The translations under genes and the position numbers were made by a program. From Coprothermobacterota bacterium (GTDB lineage: Bacteria; Coprothermobacterota; HKB111): a stretch of 64,000 bases of DNA. Below, in pieces: positions 18,719 through 29,058 of this stretch. Under the pieces are notes generated by a model, which was not told the DNA's origin, searched no databases, and saw only the letters and a program-made list of their open reading frames with translations. How positions within the stretch are numbered: position 1 is the first letter of the stretch; each line of letters opens with the position of its first letter. The stretch is taken from the NCBI GenBank assembly GCA_037440465.1, contig JBBIUB010000007.1, positions 1 to 64,000 of the forward strand, in the 5' to 3' direction.

Positions 18719-19546
18719 ATGAAGATAATTGATTATTTAAGAAAAGATTTTTTCCCCAATATCTGGTGCCCTGGATGTGGGAATGGCATTGTTTTACGTG
18801 CTACCATAGAAGCAATTTCATCATTAGATATACCAAAGGACTCCATAGCTATGATTTCAGGAATTGGTTGTTCTTCCAGAGCTACAGGTTATATAGATTT
18901 TCACACAATCCACTCTCTTCATGGGAGAGCCATACCTGTTGCTACAGGTGTTAAAGCTGCAAAACCTGATATGAAAGTTTTTGTGCTTACTGGTGATGGA
19001 GATGCATCTTCTATTGGAGGAAATCATCTTATTCATGCAGCCCGGAGAAATATTGATTTAACTACAATAGTATTTAATAATAATATTTACGGGATGACTG
19101 GTGGACAGGTATCTCCGACAACTCCTTATGCTGCAAGAACTACTACCACTCCCCATGGAAACCCTGAAAAATCTTTTGATATTTGTTCTCTGGCAATGGG
19201 TGCGGGAGCTACTTATGTTGGCAGGGGAACTATTTTTCATATTCATCAACTGATAAAACTAATTAAAGAAGCAATTAACCATCATGGATTCTCTTTGATT
19301 GATGTTGTTACAACATGCCCGGTCTATTATGGAAGGATGAATCGATACGATGATGCCATTGCTTTGATAGAAGATATCAAAAACAGGACCATACCCTTTG
19401 AGAAAGCACAGGAAATGGACATTAAAGAACTTGAAGGAAAGATTATCACAGGATTATTCAAAAAAGAAGAAAAAGGTGAATTTATCGATTCATACAACAT
19501 ATTTCACAATATACATAAAAGAGGTAAAGATGAAACTTCAGTTTAG
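18719..19546 (+). CDS. korB: 2-oxoacid:ferredoxin oxidoreductase beta subunit (TPP-binding)
   Basis: WCPGCG, SGIGCS, LHGRA, GDGD, YGMTGGQ. Confidence 0.93.
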   Translation: MKIIDYLRKDFFPNIWCPGCGNGIVLRATIEAISSLDIPKDSIAMISGIGCSSRATGYIDFHTIHSLHGRAIPVATGVKAAKPDMKVFVLTGDGDASSIGGNHLIHAARRNIDLTTIVFNNNIYGMTGGQVSPTTPYAARTTTTPHGNPEKSFDICSLAMGAGATYVGRGTIFHIHQLIKLIKEAINHHGFSLIDVVTTCPVYYGRMNRYDDAIALIEDIKNRTIPFEKAQEMDIKELEGKIITGLFKKEEKGEFIDSYNIFHNIHKRGKDETSV

Positions 19547-20063
19547 ATTTGCTGGAAGTGGTGGCCAGGGAATTGGAGTAATGGGTATCATATTCGCTGA
19601 AGCAGCTGCTATGGAAGGTAAAGAGGTTGCTTTTTCACAATCCTATGGACCTGAAGCCAGGGGGGGTGAATCACGTTCAGATGTAGTTATATGTGACACA
19701 GCTATATACTATCCGAGAGTAACTAACCCCGACTACCTAGTAATATTAAGCCCAGCTTCTTATGAGCGTTATATTAAGAAAGATAAAGCTAAAGGAACTA
19801 TCATTGTAGATAGCTCGTTGGATATCCAGAGCTGTGGAGATGAACAGAAATGTATTTCTCTTCCAATTATAGAATCAACAATTAGGCTTCTTAAAAAACC
19901 ATTCTTCTCAAATGTTTTTGCTTTAGGCTCTCTGGTGGCTATTTCTAAAGTTATTTCGCTTAGAAATGCAGAAGAAGCTATAAAGAGAAGAATGGGAGAA
20001 CGATATTTAAAAGAAAATCTGCAGGCATTGAAAGCAGGTTTTGATTTAGGTAATAAAACTTAA
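19530..20063 (+). CDS. korC: 2-oxoacid:ferredoxin oxidoreductase gamma subunit
   Basis: FAGSGGQG, SYGPEARGG; ATG 19530 after GAGG. Confidence 0.9.
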   Translation: MKLQFRFAGSGGQGIGVMGIIFAEAAAMEGKEVAFSQSYGPEARGGESRSDVVICDTAIYYPRVTNPDYLVILSPASYERYIKKDKAKGTIIVDSSLDIQSCGDEQKCISLPIIESTIRLLKKPFFSNVFALGSLVAISKVISLRNAEEAIKRRMGERYLKENLQALKAGFDLGNKT

Positions 20064-20087
20064 AAATATAGGAGGTTTTAAAAATTA

Positions 20088-21335
20088 ATGGATAAGTTAA
20101 ATGCTTTTGAAATGGCTCAGAGACAAGTTGACAATGCAGCATCTATCCTAAATCTCCATCCAGGAATCCATGAGATACTCCGTTGGCCAAAAAGAGTTCT
20201 TTATGTAAGTATCCCTGTCAAAATGGATGATGGATCAATAAAAGTATTTAAGGGTTACAGATCTCAACATACTGATGTCCTTGGACCTTCAAAAGGAGGA
20301 ATCCGTTTCCATCCAGATGTTACTATGGATGAAACCATAGCCCTTTCAATATGGATGACCTTTAAGTGTGGAGTTATTGGGTTACCTTATGGTGGTGGTA
20401 AAGGTGGTGTAGCCTGTAATCCTAAGGAATTGTCCCAGGGTGAAATCGAAAGGTTAAGTAGAGGATATATCAGAGCCATAGCTCCAATAATTGGTCCTGA
20501 AAAAGATATTCCAGCTCCAGATGTTTACACTACTCCACAAATTATGGCTTGGATGATGGATGAATTTAGCGAACTTAAGGGTTATTATTGTCCTGGTGTA
20601 ATTACAGGTAAACCTGTACTAACAGGAGGTTCTCTGGGAAGAGATGTAGCTACTGCTCTTGGTACAATCTTTATAATTAGAGAAGCATTGAAAACTCTTG
20701 GAAAAAACTTCAAAGACTCAACCGCGGCAGTGCAGGGATATGGTAATGCAGGTTTCCATGCAGCTCGGTTACTAAATGAGCAGGGTAGTAAATTAATAGC
20801 TGTAAGCGATTCCAAAGGTGGTATATACAACCCTGAGGGTTTAAACCCTCATTTAGTTTTAGAACACAAGGAAAAAACAGGTTCTGTTGTTAATTATTCT
20901 GGAAGTACTCCTATTACTAATGAAGAATTATTAGAATTTGATTGCGATATATTGGTTCCTGCAGCCTTAGAAGGTGTAATCACAGAAAAGAATGCAATGA
21001 ATATAAAAACCAGGATAGTTGCAGAGGCAGCTAACGGTCCTACCACTCCTGAGGCTGATGAGATTTTATTTAAAAAAGGAGTATTTGTATTGCCGGACAT
21101 ATTAGCAAATGCTGGTGGTGTTACAGTATCTTATTTTGAATGGGTACAGAACTTGACAAACTATTATTGGACAAAAAAAGAAGTAGAAAGCAGGCTGGAT
21201 GAAAAGATGTCAGCAGCTTTTGAGCAGGTGTATAAAACCAGTAGGGATTACAAAGTTGACATGAGGACTGCTGCTTATCTCTTTTCCATTAAAAGATTGG
21301 CAGAAGCAATCAAATTACGTGGTTGGGCTGGTTAA
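20088..21335 (+). CDS. gdhA: Glutamate dehydrogenase (Glu/Leu/Phe/Val family)
   Basis: GPSKGGIRF, GGGKGG, DIPAPDV, QGYGNAG, EAANGP, NAGGVTVSYFEW. Confidence 0.95.
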   Translation: MDKLNAFEMAQRQVDNAASILNLHPGIHEILRWPKRVLYVSIPVKMDDGSIKVFKGYRSQHTDVLGPSKGGIRFHPDVTMDETIALSIWMTFKCGVIGLPYGGGKGGVACNPKELSQGEIERLSRGYIRAIAPIIGPEKDIPAPDVYTTPQIMAWMMDEFSELKGYYCPGVITGKPVLTGGSLGRDVATALGTIFIIREALKTLGKNFKDSTAAVQGYGNAGFHAARLLNEQGSKLIAVSDSKGGIYNPEGLNPHLVLEHKEKTGSVVNYSGSTPITNEELLEFDCDILVPAALEGVITEKNAMNIKTRIVAEAANGPTTPEADEILFKKGVFVLPDILANAGGVTVSYFEWVQNLTNYYWTKKEVESRLDEKMSAAFEQVYKTSRDYKVDMRTAAYLFSIKRLAEAIKLRGWAG

Positions 21336-21365
21336 AAACATAAATGATGGAGATGTATTAACGTT

Positions 21366-22781
21366 TTGACAAGCATTTTGGAAGGTAAAACAAAAATTAT
21401 CGCAACCCTTGGACCTTCTTGTAGCTCTAAGGAAATAATAGAAGGAATGCTGCTACATGGAGTAGATGTCTTCAGGCTTAATTTCTCCCATGATACTTAC
21501 TATGAGCATAAAAAAAGACTTCAACTAACAAGAAAGGTAGCTCATAGGTTTGGAAAGCATATAGCAATAATCCAGGATTTATGTGGACCAAAAATTCGTC
21601 TGGGAGAGATTGAAGAAGTTATTATTAAGACTGGAGAACAAATTATTCTTGGAGAAAAAGGCTTACCTATCACTATCCCTCATATATTAGCTGATTTAAA
21701 AAAGGGCGACCTTGTTTACATAGACGATGGAAAAGTCGTCCTTTTTGTAATTGAAAGCGATGGTCAATCTGCTAGTTGCCAGGTAACAAGAGGAGGATTT
21801 ATTGCTTCCCACAAAGGAGTAAATATAAGAGCAGGCCTTTCTTCTTTAAAATCTCTTACAGATAAGGACCTTGAAGATCTCGATTTTGCTATAAATGAGG
21901 GAATAGACTATGTGGCGCTTTCATTTGTTAGATCGGAAGATGATATTATAAACCTTAGAAAAGAACTTGAAAAAAGAGGAAAAAATATTCCTATTATAGC
22001 CAAAATAGAAAAGGCAGAAGCTTTGAAGAAACTTAGTAATATTATTGATAGTTCAGATGCAATAATGATAGCAAGGGGTGATTTAGGTATAGAAGCTACT
22101 CTTGAAGAGGTTCCCATAGCTCAAAGGGAGATAATCAGTAAATCGAGAGCAAAGGGGAAACCTGTTATAGTAGCTACACAAATCATGGAATCCATGATAA
22201 ACAACCCTTATCCTACACGCGCAGAAGTAAATGACATAGCTACAGCTATCCTCCAGGGAGCAGATGCAATCTTGTTTAGTGCTGAAACTGCTGTAGGTAA
22301 ATATCCTGTAGAAGTCATTAAAACTGTTAACCAAGTATGTCTTAGAACTGAAGAGGAATTAATAAAAGATGAAGGAATAAACTTTTCTCTAAGAGAAGTG
22401 AACAACCTTGATGTGGTTTCTGCAATTTCATTTTCAGCAAGTAAACTGGCTACTAATCTCATAGTAAAAGGAATTATTGTGCCAACGGAAACAGGAAGAA
22501 CAGCTAAAATGGTATCCAGATTCAGGCCCCTTCCAAAGATAATTGCTTTAACGACAAAAAAAAGCATAGCTCAAGAATTGTGCCTGGTATGGGGAGTGAT
22601 CCCTCTAATCATGCCTGAAGCGACTTCGGTTGAAGATATGTACCAACAAGCAGAGAAGTTGATTCTGGAAAAAGGATTGCTTGAATCTGGAGATGCTGTA
22701 ATTTTTACTTCAGGTTCAATGATTGGTCTTTCTGGCAGTACGAATACTATTAAATACCATATCTTGAGAAAATACAATTGA
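21366..22781 (+). CDS. pyk: Pyruvate kinase
   Basis: TKIIATLGP, RLNFSH, IIAKIE, MIARGDLGIE, PTRAEVND. Confidence 0.95.
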   Translation: MTSILEGKTKIIATLGPSCSSKEIIEGMLLHGVDVFRLNFSHDTYYEHKKRLQLTRKVAHRFGKHIAIIQDLCGPKIRLGEIEEVIIKTGEQIILGEKGLPITIPHILADLKKGDLVYIDDGKVVLFVIESDGQSASCQVTRGGFIASHKGVNIRAGLSSLKSLTDKDLEDLDFAINEGIDYVALSFVRSEDDIINLRKELEKRGKNIPIIAKIEKAEALKKLSNIIDSSDAIMIARGDLGIEATLEEVPIAQREIISKSRAKGKPVIVATQIMESMINNPYPTRAEVNDIATAILQGADAILFSAETAVGKYPVEVIKTVNQVCLRTEEELIKDEGINFSLREVNNLDVVSAISFSASKLATNLIVKGIIVPTETGRTAKMVSRFRPLPKIIALTTKKSIAQELCLVWGVIPLIMPEATSVEDMYQQAEKLILEKGLLESGDAVIFTSGSMIGLSGSTNTIKYHILRKYN

Positions 22782-23053
22782 AAAGATTTCTTTTTTTAGC
22801 CTTAGAAATATTACTTTGGGTTCTCGTTGTGGCAACATTTATGAGAACTGTAGTAGTTTATAACAATCTAAGAGCTTTAAGGTTAGAAATAAAATCCATA
22901 GAAGAGGATATAAATAGGGAAAAAGCAGTCATTTCTAATATAGAGTTAGAAATTTCCAGAGCAAGAACTGAAGAAGGAATAGAGAAGATAATTAGAGAAA
23001 CATTACTCTTTGTAAAACCGGGAGAAAGCATTATAATTCTTGATAATCCATGA
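22778..23053 (+). CDS. FtsB/DivIC septum formation initiator family
   Basis: One TM helix, coiled coil, IEKIIRETLLFVKPGE; precedes an S1 protein as in divIC-yabR. Confidence 0.7.
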   Translation: MKRFLFLALEILLWVLVVATFMRTVVVYNNLRALRLEIKSIEEDINREKAVISNIELEISRARTEEGIEKIIRETLLFVKPGESIIILDNP

Positions 23054-23334
23054 AAGGAATTGTTTCTGAAATAACCAAAAAAGGAATATTAGTTATCATT
23101 GAGGATGGCAACTTTGGCTTGATCCCGGGGGATAAAGTGAAAGAGTTTGAAGTTTTTAAAATCGGTCAACTTATAGAAGTAATGGTATCTGGGAATGATG
23201 AGAAAGGAAAAATTACCCTATCTCTGAATACTAAGGAAAAGGAAGGTTTCGAAGATAAAATGCAGCGTTTTCTAAAAGAAAGCACTAGAGAGTATCTTGA
23301 TTTTCAAAAAAGAAAGCTGAAGAAAAAAAGGTAG
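23050..23334 (+). CDS. S1 RNA-binding domain protein (YabR-like)
   Basis: GIVSEIT...KIGQ...GKITLSL...FEDKMQRFLKES. Confidence 0.75.
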   Translation: MKGIVSEITKKGILVIIEDGNFGLIPGDKVKEFEVFKIGQLIEVMVSGNDEKGKITLSLNTKEKEGFEDKMQRFLKESTREYLDFQKRKLKKKR

Positions 23335-23340
23335 TGCATC

Positions 23341-24159
23341 ATGGATTCTATATTAACTCTATTTGCAAAAACATTTCCAGATTTACAGCTTGCACCTATC
23401 TGGAAAGTATTCGGACATATAGCAGATGTACTTCTTGTAGGTTACTTAACTTATAGAGTTTTAATTTTATTCAAAGGAAGCCGTGCTATACAATTAATAA
23501 AAGGTATTATGGTTTTAGCCCTATGCATAAGTGCTATTTCTTTAATGGCTAACCAATGGGGTATTTTCCTGACATCAAACTGGATAATAAAAAATTTAGC
23601 TACCATGTTATTAGTTGCTATTCCTATAGTATTTCAGCCAGAACTTAGGAGAGGGTTAGAATATCTGGGACGTGGAAAGCCTGTCTTTTCTTCACCTACT
23701 ACCTCATTGGGTATAGACGAGATAGTAAAAGCTGTAAGCGCCTTAAGCCTTAAAAAAATTGGATCTCTCATTGTTGTAGAAAGACAGATCGGGTTGAGAG
23801 AATACCTTGTTCAGGGAGTTATTATTAACAGTGATATAAATGCTGAATTAATTTTATCAATTTTTTCTGAAGCTTCTCCTTTACACGACGGAGCAATAAT
23901 AATAAAAGGAGACCGAATAATTGGAGCTCGTTGTATACTCCCTATATCTAAAGAGATAACCCCTGGAGGAGAAGAGCTCGGGCTCAGACATAGAGCTGCT
24001 CTGGGAATATCAGAAGAGACAGACAGTATTACAATAGTTGTATCTGAAGAGAATGGTTCTGTTTCAGTAGCATTAGAAGGCAAGCTAATGAAATTCCTTT
24101 CCCCTCATGAGATAAGAGATCTTCTTAGAGTCCTATATCCTAAAATTTCAAAAACCTAA
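23341..24159 (+). CDS. dacA: Diadenylate cyclase
   Basis: TM helices, VFQPELRRGLE, PLHDGA, LGLRHRAA, VSEE. Confidence 0.95.
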   Translation: MDSILTLFAKTFPDLQLAPIWKVFGHIADVLLVGYLTYRVLILFKGSRAIQLIKGIMVLALCISAISLMANQWGIFLTSNWIIKNLATMLLVAIPIVFQPELRRGLEYLGRGKPVFSSPTTSLGIDEIVKAVSALSLKKIGSLIVVERQIGLREYLVQGVIINSDINAELILSIFSEASPLHDGAIIIKGDRIIGARCILPISKEITPGGEELGLRHRAALGISEETDSITIVVSEENGSVSVALEGKLMKFLSPHEIRDLLRVLYPKISKT

Positions 24160-24163
24160 AATA

Positions 24164-25336
24164 ATGTATACCTCCAGATTAACTTGGACCCTGATATTAT
24201 TAGCCTTTTTAATTGCTTTGTTTTTATTTTTTTATGTATACTCAGAAGGCGGATTGGAAATTGAAAAAAGCCTGAAAGTAGATGTGAAAATTACAGGTTT
24301 GGCAAGGGGTTTGATAGCCTTAGACTATCCTTCAAAGATTGAGATTCGTATTAAAGGTCCCAGTAGAAGAGTGTGGGCTGTTACTCCTGATGATATTAAA
24401 GTTTTTATAGATTTACGGAATAAAAAAGCTGGCGAATACATGGTTAACATCGATTCAAGCTTACCTCCCAGAATCAGGTTACTGGAAATGAGTCAGGATA
24501 AATTTCTCGTTAATATTGAAAAGATAGTTTATAGAGATTTTGAAGTAGAAGTGAAATTTATTGGCAAACCTGTTGATGGTATTTACCTTTATCCTCCGAT
24601 TATTCGTCCATCAACTATAGAAATAAGAGGTCCTGAAAGCTCTGTGAGCGAAGCTTATAATGTAATAGTAGAAGCTAATGTAGATTTATTATCACAAGAT
24701 TTTTCAGATAGTTTAATTCCAAAAATATTAAATACCCATGGTGATGAAATTCTAAATCTTGAATCTATTCCAGAAAAAATCCATGTTCTAATTCCCGCAA
24801 AATTAGAAGCAATATCAAAGGGTGTTCCTATAATACCAAATTTAAAAGGTAGGCCAGCATCATACTTTTATATAAGCTTAGTGGAAACAGAACCAAAAGT
24901 AATTTTTATAAAAGGATTACCAGAAAAGTTACGGGAGTTAAACTCTGTAACTACAGAACCTATCTTTATAGATGGCTTATCTGAAAATTCCACAATTGAA
25001 GCTAAACTAAAAAAGATTGAAGGCATAGAATATATACATGGGGGTACAATTAGAGTTACAATTAAAGTCAACCAATTAACCTACAAACAATTTTCTAATA
25101 TAAAAATCTCTAATGATGAAAATGTTTTTATTCAACCAGATTCAGTAGAGTTGATGGTATTGGGGAGGGAAGAGGAGATAAAAAATCTAAAACAGAAAGA
25201 CATCCGAGTAACATTAAGCTCTCCTATACTTAATCTTGGCAAAGAATCCAGGGATCTTGTGGTTGAGCTTCCTGAGGGAGTATATTTAGTATGGCTTAAC
25301 CCAACAAAAGTCAATGTGAGAAGGGAGTCTTTATGA
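24164..25336 (+). CDS. cdaR: CdaR/YbbR regulator of DacA
   Basis: N-terminal TM and repeated YbbR-like units; lies between dacA and glmM. Confidence 0.85.
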   Translation: MYTSRLTWTLILLAFLIALFLFFYVYSEGGLEIEKSLKVDVKITGLARGLIALDYPSKIEIRIKGPSRRVWAVTPDDIKVFIDLRNKKAGEYMVNIDSSLPPRIRLLEMSQDKFLVNIEKIVYRDFEVEVKFIGKPVDGIYLYPPIIRPSTIEIRGPESSVSEAYNVIVEANVDLLSQDFSDSLIPKILNTHGDEILNLESIPEKIHVLIPAKLEAISKGVPIIPNLKGRPASYFYISLVETEPKVIFIKGLPEKLRELNSVTTEPIFIDGLSENSTIEAKLKKIEGIEYIHGGTIRVTIKVNQLTYKQFSNIKISNDENVFIQPDSVELMVLGREEEIKNLKQKDIRVTLSSPILNLGKESRDLVVELPEGVYLVWLNPTKVNVRRESL

Positions 25337-26673
25337 AGAAAAAGTCAATATTTGGTACAGATGGCATTAGAGGTATAGCCGGTAGTGAATTAACACCAAC
25401 ATTAGCTCTTGCATTAGGTTTATCAGCTGGTTCAGTTCTGGGGGTTGAAGGTGGTAAAGCAATTATTGGAAAAGATTCTCGAGTTTCTGGTGATATGCTC
25501 TCTTTAGCTCTTGCTTCTGGATTAATGGCTATTGGTATTGATGTTTATGACGCCTTTATCCTGCCAACTCCTGCTATATCCTTATTGACAAGAGAATTAG
25601 GTTTTGATTTTGGTGTTGTTGTATCTGCTTCCCATAACCCAGTTGAAGATAATGGATTCAAGTTTTTTGAATCTAAAGGTTTTAAGATAGATCAAAAACT
25701 TGAAGATGAAATAGAAGTTCTTCTAAATGTAACTGATACCATTCAAATAAAAGAAGGAATTCATGTAGGGCGAAGGAAAGAATACAATGATGCTAAAGAT
25801 TTTTATATAGATTATTTATTAGGGTTATTTCCCATTAACCTCCATAATATGAAGATTATTGTGGATACAGCCTACGGAGCTACCTCTTTAGTAGTTCCAC
25901 AACTTTTTTCCAGATTAGGGGCTGATGTTGTAACTTTGCACGGTGAACCTGATGGAAACTTAATTAATGTAGATTGTGGATCGACCTATCCAGGTAAATT
26001 GCAGGAATTTGTTATGGAACTTAATGCCGATATAGGCTTAGCCTATGATGGAGATGGAGATAGGGTTATAGCAATTGATGAGAAAGGTGAAATTGTCAAT
26101 GGAGATCAAATACTGGGTATAATGGCAAATTCATTTTTAAAAGAAGGACGCATGAAGGAACCTGTGGTAGTCGGTACCATACTTACAAACCAAAGACTTG
26201 AATATTTTCTTTCCGAATTAGGAGGTAAACTAATAAGAGTTGATGTTGGAGATAGAAATATAATTCACGCTATGAACAAAAATGAGCTTATCCTTGGAGG
26301 TGAAAGGTCAGGTCACATTATTTTCAGAGACCGTTCACCTTCTGGTGATGGTATTATTACTTCTCTGGAGATCCTGAGTCTTATGAAGAAAGAGTCTGCC
26401 AGCTTATATAATCTCAAAACCATATTTGAAGAGTATCCTCAAATTGAAAAGAATATACCCTCTAAGAAAAAACATGAGCTTCTTAGTCACCCCCTACTAA
26501 TAGAAAAGTTGAATTTACTAAACGAGTCTTTTGGAAAACAAGGCAGGATAGTTGTAAGAGCATCAGGTACAGAGCCTGTTGTAAGAGTTATGGTAGAATT
26601 TAAGGAGAGAGAAACTGCTCAGAGAATAATAAATGAGATTACAGACCTCATAATAAAAACAGAGGAGTCTTAA
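25333..26673 (+). CDS. glmM: Phosphoglucosamine mutase
   Basis: FGTDGIRG, SASHNP, DGDGDR, RASGTEP. Confidence 0.95.
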   Translation: MKKKSIFGTDGIRGIAGSELTPTLALALGLSAGSVLGVEGGKAIIGKDSRVSGDMLSLALASGLMAIGIDVYDAFILPTPAISLLTRELGFDFGVVVSASHNPVEDNGFKFFESKGFKIDQKLEDEIEVLLNVTDTIQIKEGIHVGRRKEYNDAKDFYIDYLLGLFPINLHNMKIIVDTAYGATSLVVPQLFSRLGADVVTLHGEPDGNLINVDCGSTYPGKLQEFVMELNADIGLAYDGDGDRVIAIDEKGEIVNGDQILGIMANSFLKEGRMKEPVVVGTILTNQRLEYFLSELGGKLIRVDVGDRNIIHAMNKNELILGGERSGHIIFRDRSPSGDGIITSLEILSLMKKESASLYNLKTIFEEYPQIEKNIPSKKKHELLSHPLLIEKLNLLNESFGKQGRIVVRASGTEPVVRVMVEFKERETAQRIINEITDLIIKTEES

Positions 26674-28485
26674 ATGTGCGGAATTATAGCTTATATTGGA
26701 GATAAACAAGTTATACCTATTTTAACTCAAGGCTTACAGAGATTGGAATACAGAGGATATGACTCCGCTGGCATAGCTTTCCCTGAGGAGGGAGAGCTTA
26801 AAGTGATAAAAACATTTGGTGCAGTAGACCGTTTATTATCTATTGTTGAAAGAGAAGAACATCAAGCCAGCTATGGCATTGGTCATACACGCTGGGCTAC
26901 TCATGGAGTTCCTTCGGATTATAATGCTCACCCACACCTGGACTGCAAAAACAGTATTGCTGTTGTTCATAATGGTATAGTTGAAAACTATAGAGAACTC
27001 AAAGAAGAATTAAATAAATCAGGTCATGTTTTTACCTCCGATACTGATTCAGAAGTTATTGCTCATTTATTTGAAGAACACTATGATGGAGATCTTGAGA
27101 AAGCTGTGTTGAAGGCAATTCCACGGCTGCATGGTGCTTATGCTATAGCTACTGTATCCGCTAAAGAAAAAAAGATAATCCTTATTAGGAAACAAAGTCC
27201 TTTAATCATCGGGCTGGGGAAAGATGAATATTATTCTGCCTCCGATATTCCTGCCATTCTTCCTTTTACTAAAGACATCGTGATTCTTGAAGATGGAGAG
27301 GTTGGGATAATCACTTCGAATGATTTTAGAGTTTTAAAACCTGATGGTACCGAGAAAATACCCTTAATAACCAGTGTAGAGTGGGATATTACCCTGGCAG
27401 AAAGGGGAGGGTATCCACATTATATGCTAAAAGAAATATCTGAACAGCCAACAATACTAAAAGACACATTAAGAGAACGGTTAATTTTAGGAAAATTATA
27501 CCTGGAGGAAGCTGAATTAGGTAATATGATTCAGGGCCTTAATAAAATATATTTTGGTGCTTGTGGAACTGCCTATCATGCATCTCTCATTGGAAAAAAT
27601 TATTTTGAAACTCTGGCAGGGATTGAAGCTGATTCTGAGGTTGCTTCAGAATTCAGATATAGAGATATTGCTTGGGTTAATCCCGGTGTTGGGATAATAA
27701 TTAGTCAATCTGGAGAAACCGCAGATACTCTGGCTGCTCTTTATCGTCTCAAAGAAAAAGGTTATCATACACTTGGTATCACAAATGTGGTTGGAAGTAG
27801 TGTAGCACGTGAAGTAGACAGAGTTATTTATACCAGAGCAGGACCAGAGATAAGTGTAGCTTCAACAAAGGCCTATACGAGCCAGATATTAGGGTTATTT
27901 ATGATAGCTCTGCTCTGGGCAAGAAAAAGGAACTACTTAAATGAAAGAAAAGAAGAATATTATATCCGGGAACTTGAGGACCTACCTTACAAAGCTCAAC
28001 AGTTATTAGATGACTCTAAGGTATTTATGGATTTAGGGAAGAGTCTGAAGGATTCACAGAAAATATTTTTTATTGGTAGGCTGACAGATTATAAAGTAGC
28101 CATGGAAGGCGCTCTTAAGATGAAAGAGATTTCCTACATCCACGCTGAAGCTTACGCTGCTGGAGAACTAAAACATGGACCTTTAGCCTTGATTGAAGAT
28201 GGTACACCTGTAATTGCCTTGTTGACTAATCCTACTATAGCTCCAAAACTTCTATCCAACTTAGAGGAAATTAAAAGCAGGAGAGGCAAGGTAATTCTAT
28301 TAACCACAATTGATATAAAACCAGGAGAAGGTATAGAGGTTCTAAAAATACCTTCAACTGATCAGCTTCTCAGTCCTGTAATCAGTGGAATTGCCCTCCA
28401 GCTTCTGGCTTATTATACTGCCAGAGAATGCGGTGCTTCAATAGACAAACCGCGAAATTTAGCTAAATCTGTTACTGTGGAGTGA
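26674..28485 (+). CDS. glmS: Glutamine-fructose-6-phosphate aminotransferase
   Basis: MCGI, LEYRGYDSAG, HTRWATHG, SQSGET, PRNLAKSVTVE. Confidence 0.97.
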   Translation: MCGIIAYIGDKQVIPILTQGLQRLEYRGYDSAGIAFPEEGELKVIKTFGAVDRLLSIVEREEHQASYGIGHTRWATHGVPSDYNAHPHLDCKNSIAVVHNGIVENYRELKEELNKSGHVFTSDTDSEVIAHLFEEHYDGDLEKAVLKAIPRLHGAYAIATVSAKEKKIILIRKQSPLIIGLGKDEYYSASDIPAILPFTKDIVILEDGEVGIITSNDFRVLKPDGTEKIPLITSVEWDITLAERGGYPHYMLKEISEQPTILKDTLRERLILGKLYLEEAELGNMIQGLNKIYFGACGTAYHASLIGKNYFETLAGIEADSEVASEFRYRDIAWVNPGVGIIISQSGETADTLAALYRLKEKGYHTLGITNVVGSSVAREVDRVIYTRAGPEISVASTKAYTSQILGLFMIALLWARKRNYLNERKEEYYIRELEDLPYKAQQLLDDSKVFMDLGKSLKDSQKIFFIGRLTDYKVAMEGALKMKEISYIHAEAYAAGELKHGPLALIEDGTPVIALLTNPTIAPKLLSNLEEIKSRRGKVILLTTIDIKPGEGIEVLKIPSTDQLLSPVISGIALQLLAYYTARECGASIDKPRNLAKSVTVE

Positions 28486-28808
28486 AAATGAGTCAAGGAA
28501 AAATTATTATCACAGAGAAAGCTATTGAATGTATTATTTTTGAAGCTTTAAAAGATTGTTATGGTGTGGTAGGTTTTCACCAACCCAGCATCCTTAGTAA
28601 AGTACACCTACAACCACAAGGACTTTCAATAAAAATCAAAAACGGAGAAGTGTTTCTTCGAATTCCCTTAATAGTCGACCCTCAAGTACCCTTTCAGGAA
28701 GTAGGTAGAAATACTATACACACTCTAAAGTATGTCCTAAGTAGAATGTTAGGACACAATAAAGAAAATATTAAAGTTAAACTCTTCCTTTATAAAGCTA
28801 AAATATGA
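28482..28808 (+). CDS. Asp23/Gls24 family protein (YloU-like)
   Basis: GKIIITEKAI...DCYGVVG; directly upstream of the DAK2 gene as in yloU-yloV. Confidence 0.7.
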   Translation: MKMSQGKIIITEKAIECIIFEALKDCYGVVGFHQPSILSKVHLQPQGLSIKIKNGEVFLRIPLIVDPQVPFQEVGRNTIHTLKYVLSRMLGHNKENIKVKLFLYKAKI

Positions 28809-28814
28809 AAATAG

Positions 28815-29024
28815 GATTCAAGGGGTCGAGGAATGAATAAATATAGGGTTCAAGGGTCCAAGGAGAAAAAGGTTCAAGTGAAATGATAAAAAACTACAAA
28901 GAATTAAAGGTTAGGCAGAAGTCTTATCTGAAATGTTCAAGCGGTCAAGGAGATGTTTTTTATGATTTTCACCCGAACCTTGGAACCCTCGAATCCTCGA
29001 ACCTTGCTTACTAAACCCTCGAAC
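28815..29024. repeat. Inverted arrays of 8-nt repeats (GGTTCAAG-type left, CTCGAACC-type right)
   Basis: Left: GATTCAAG, GGGTCGAG, GGTTCAAG, GGTCCAAG, GGTTCAAG. Right: CCCGAACC, TTGGAACC, CTCGAATC, CTCGAACC. Confidence 0.8.
28883..28927 (+). pseudogene. 5' remnant of a four-helix-bundle (23S rRNA IVS protein-like) gene
   Basis: MIKNYKELKVRQKSY resembles the family N-terminus (...YKELKVWQKSY); similarity stops after 15 codons. Confidence 0.6.
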
Positions 29025-29058
29025 ACCACTCTGTAAATAAATTGGAGAAGAGACAAGC

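Noticed and set aside
26600..26680. glmS ribozyme
   Set aside because: glmS starts immediately after the glmM stop codon, so there is no leader.
28815..29024. CRISPR array
   Set aside because: Units are 8 nt and degenerate, with no spacers and no cas genes.
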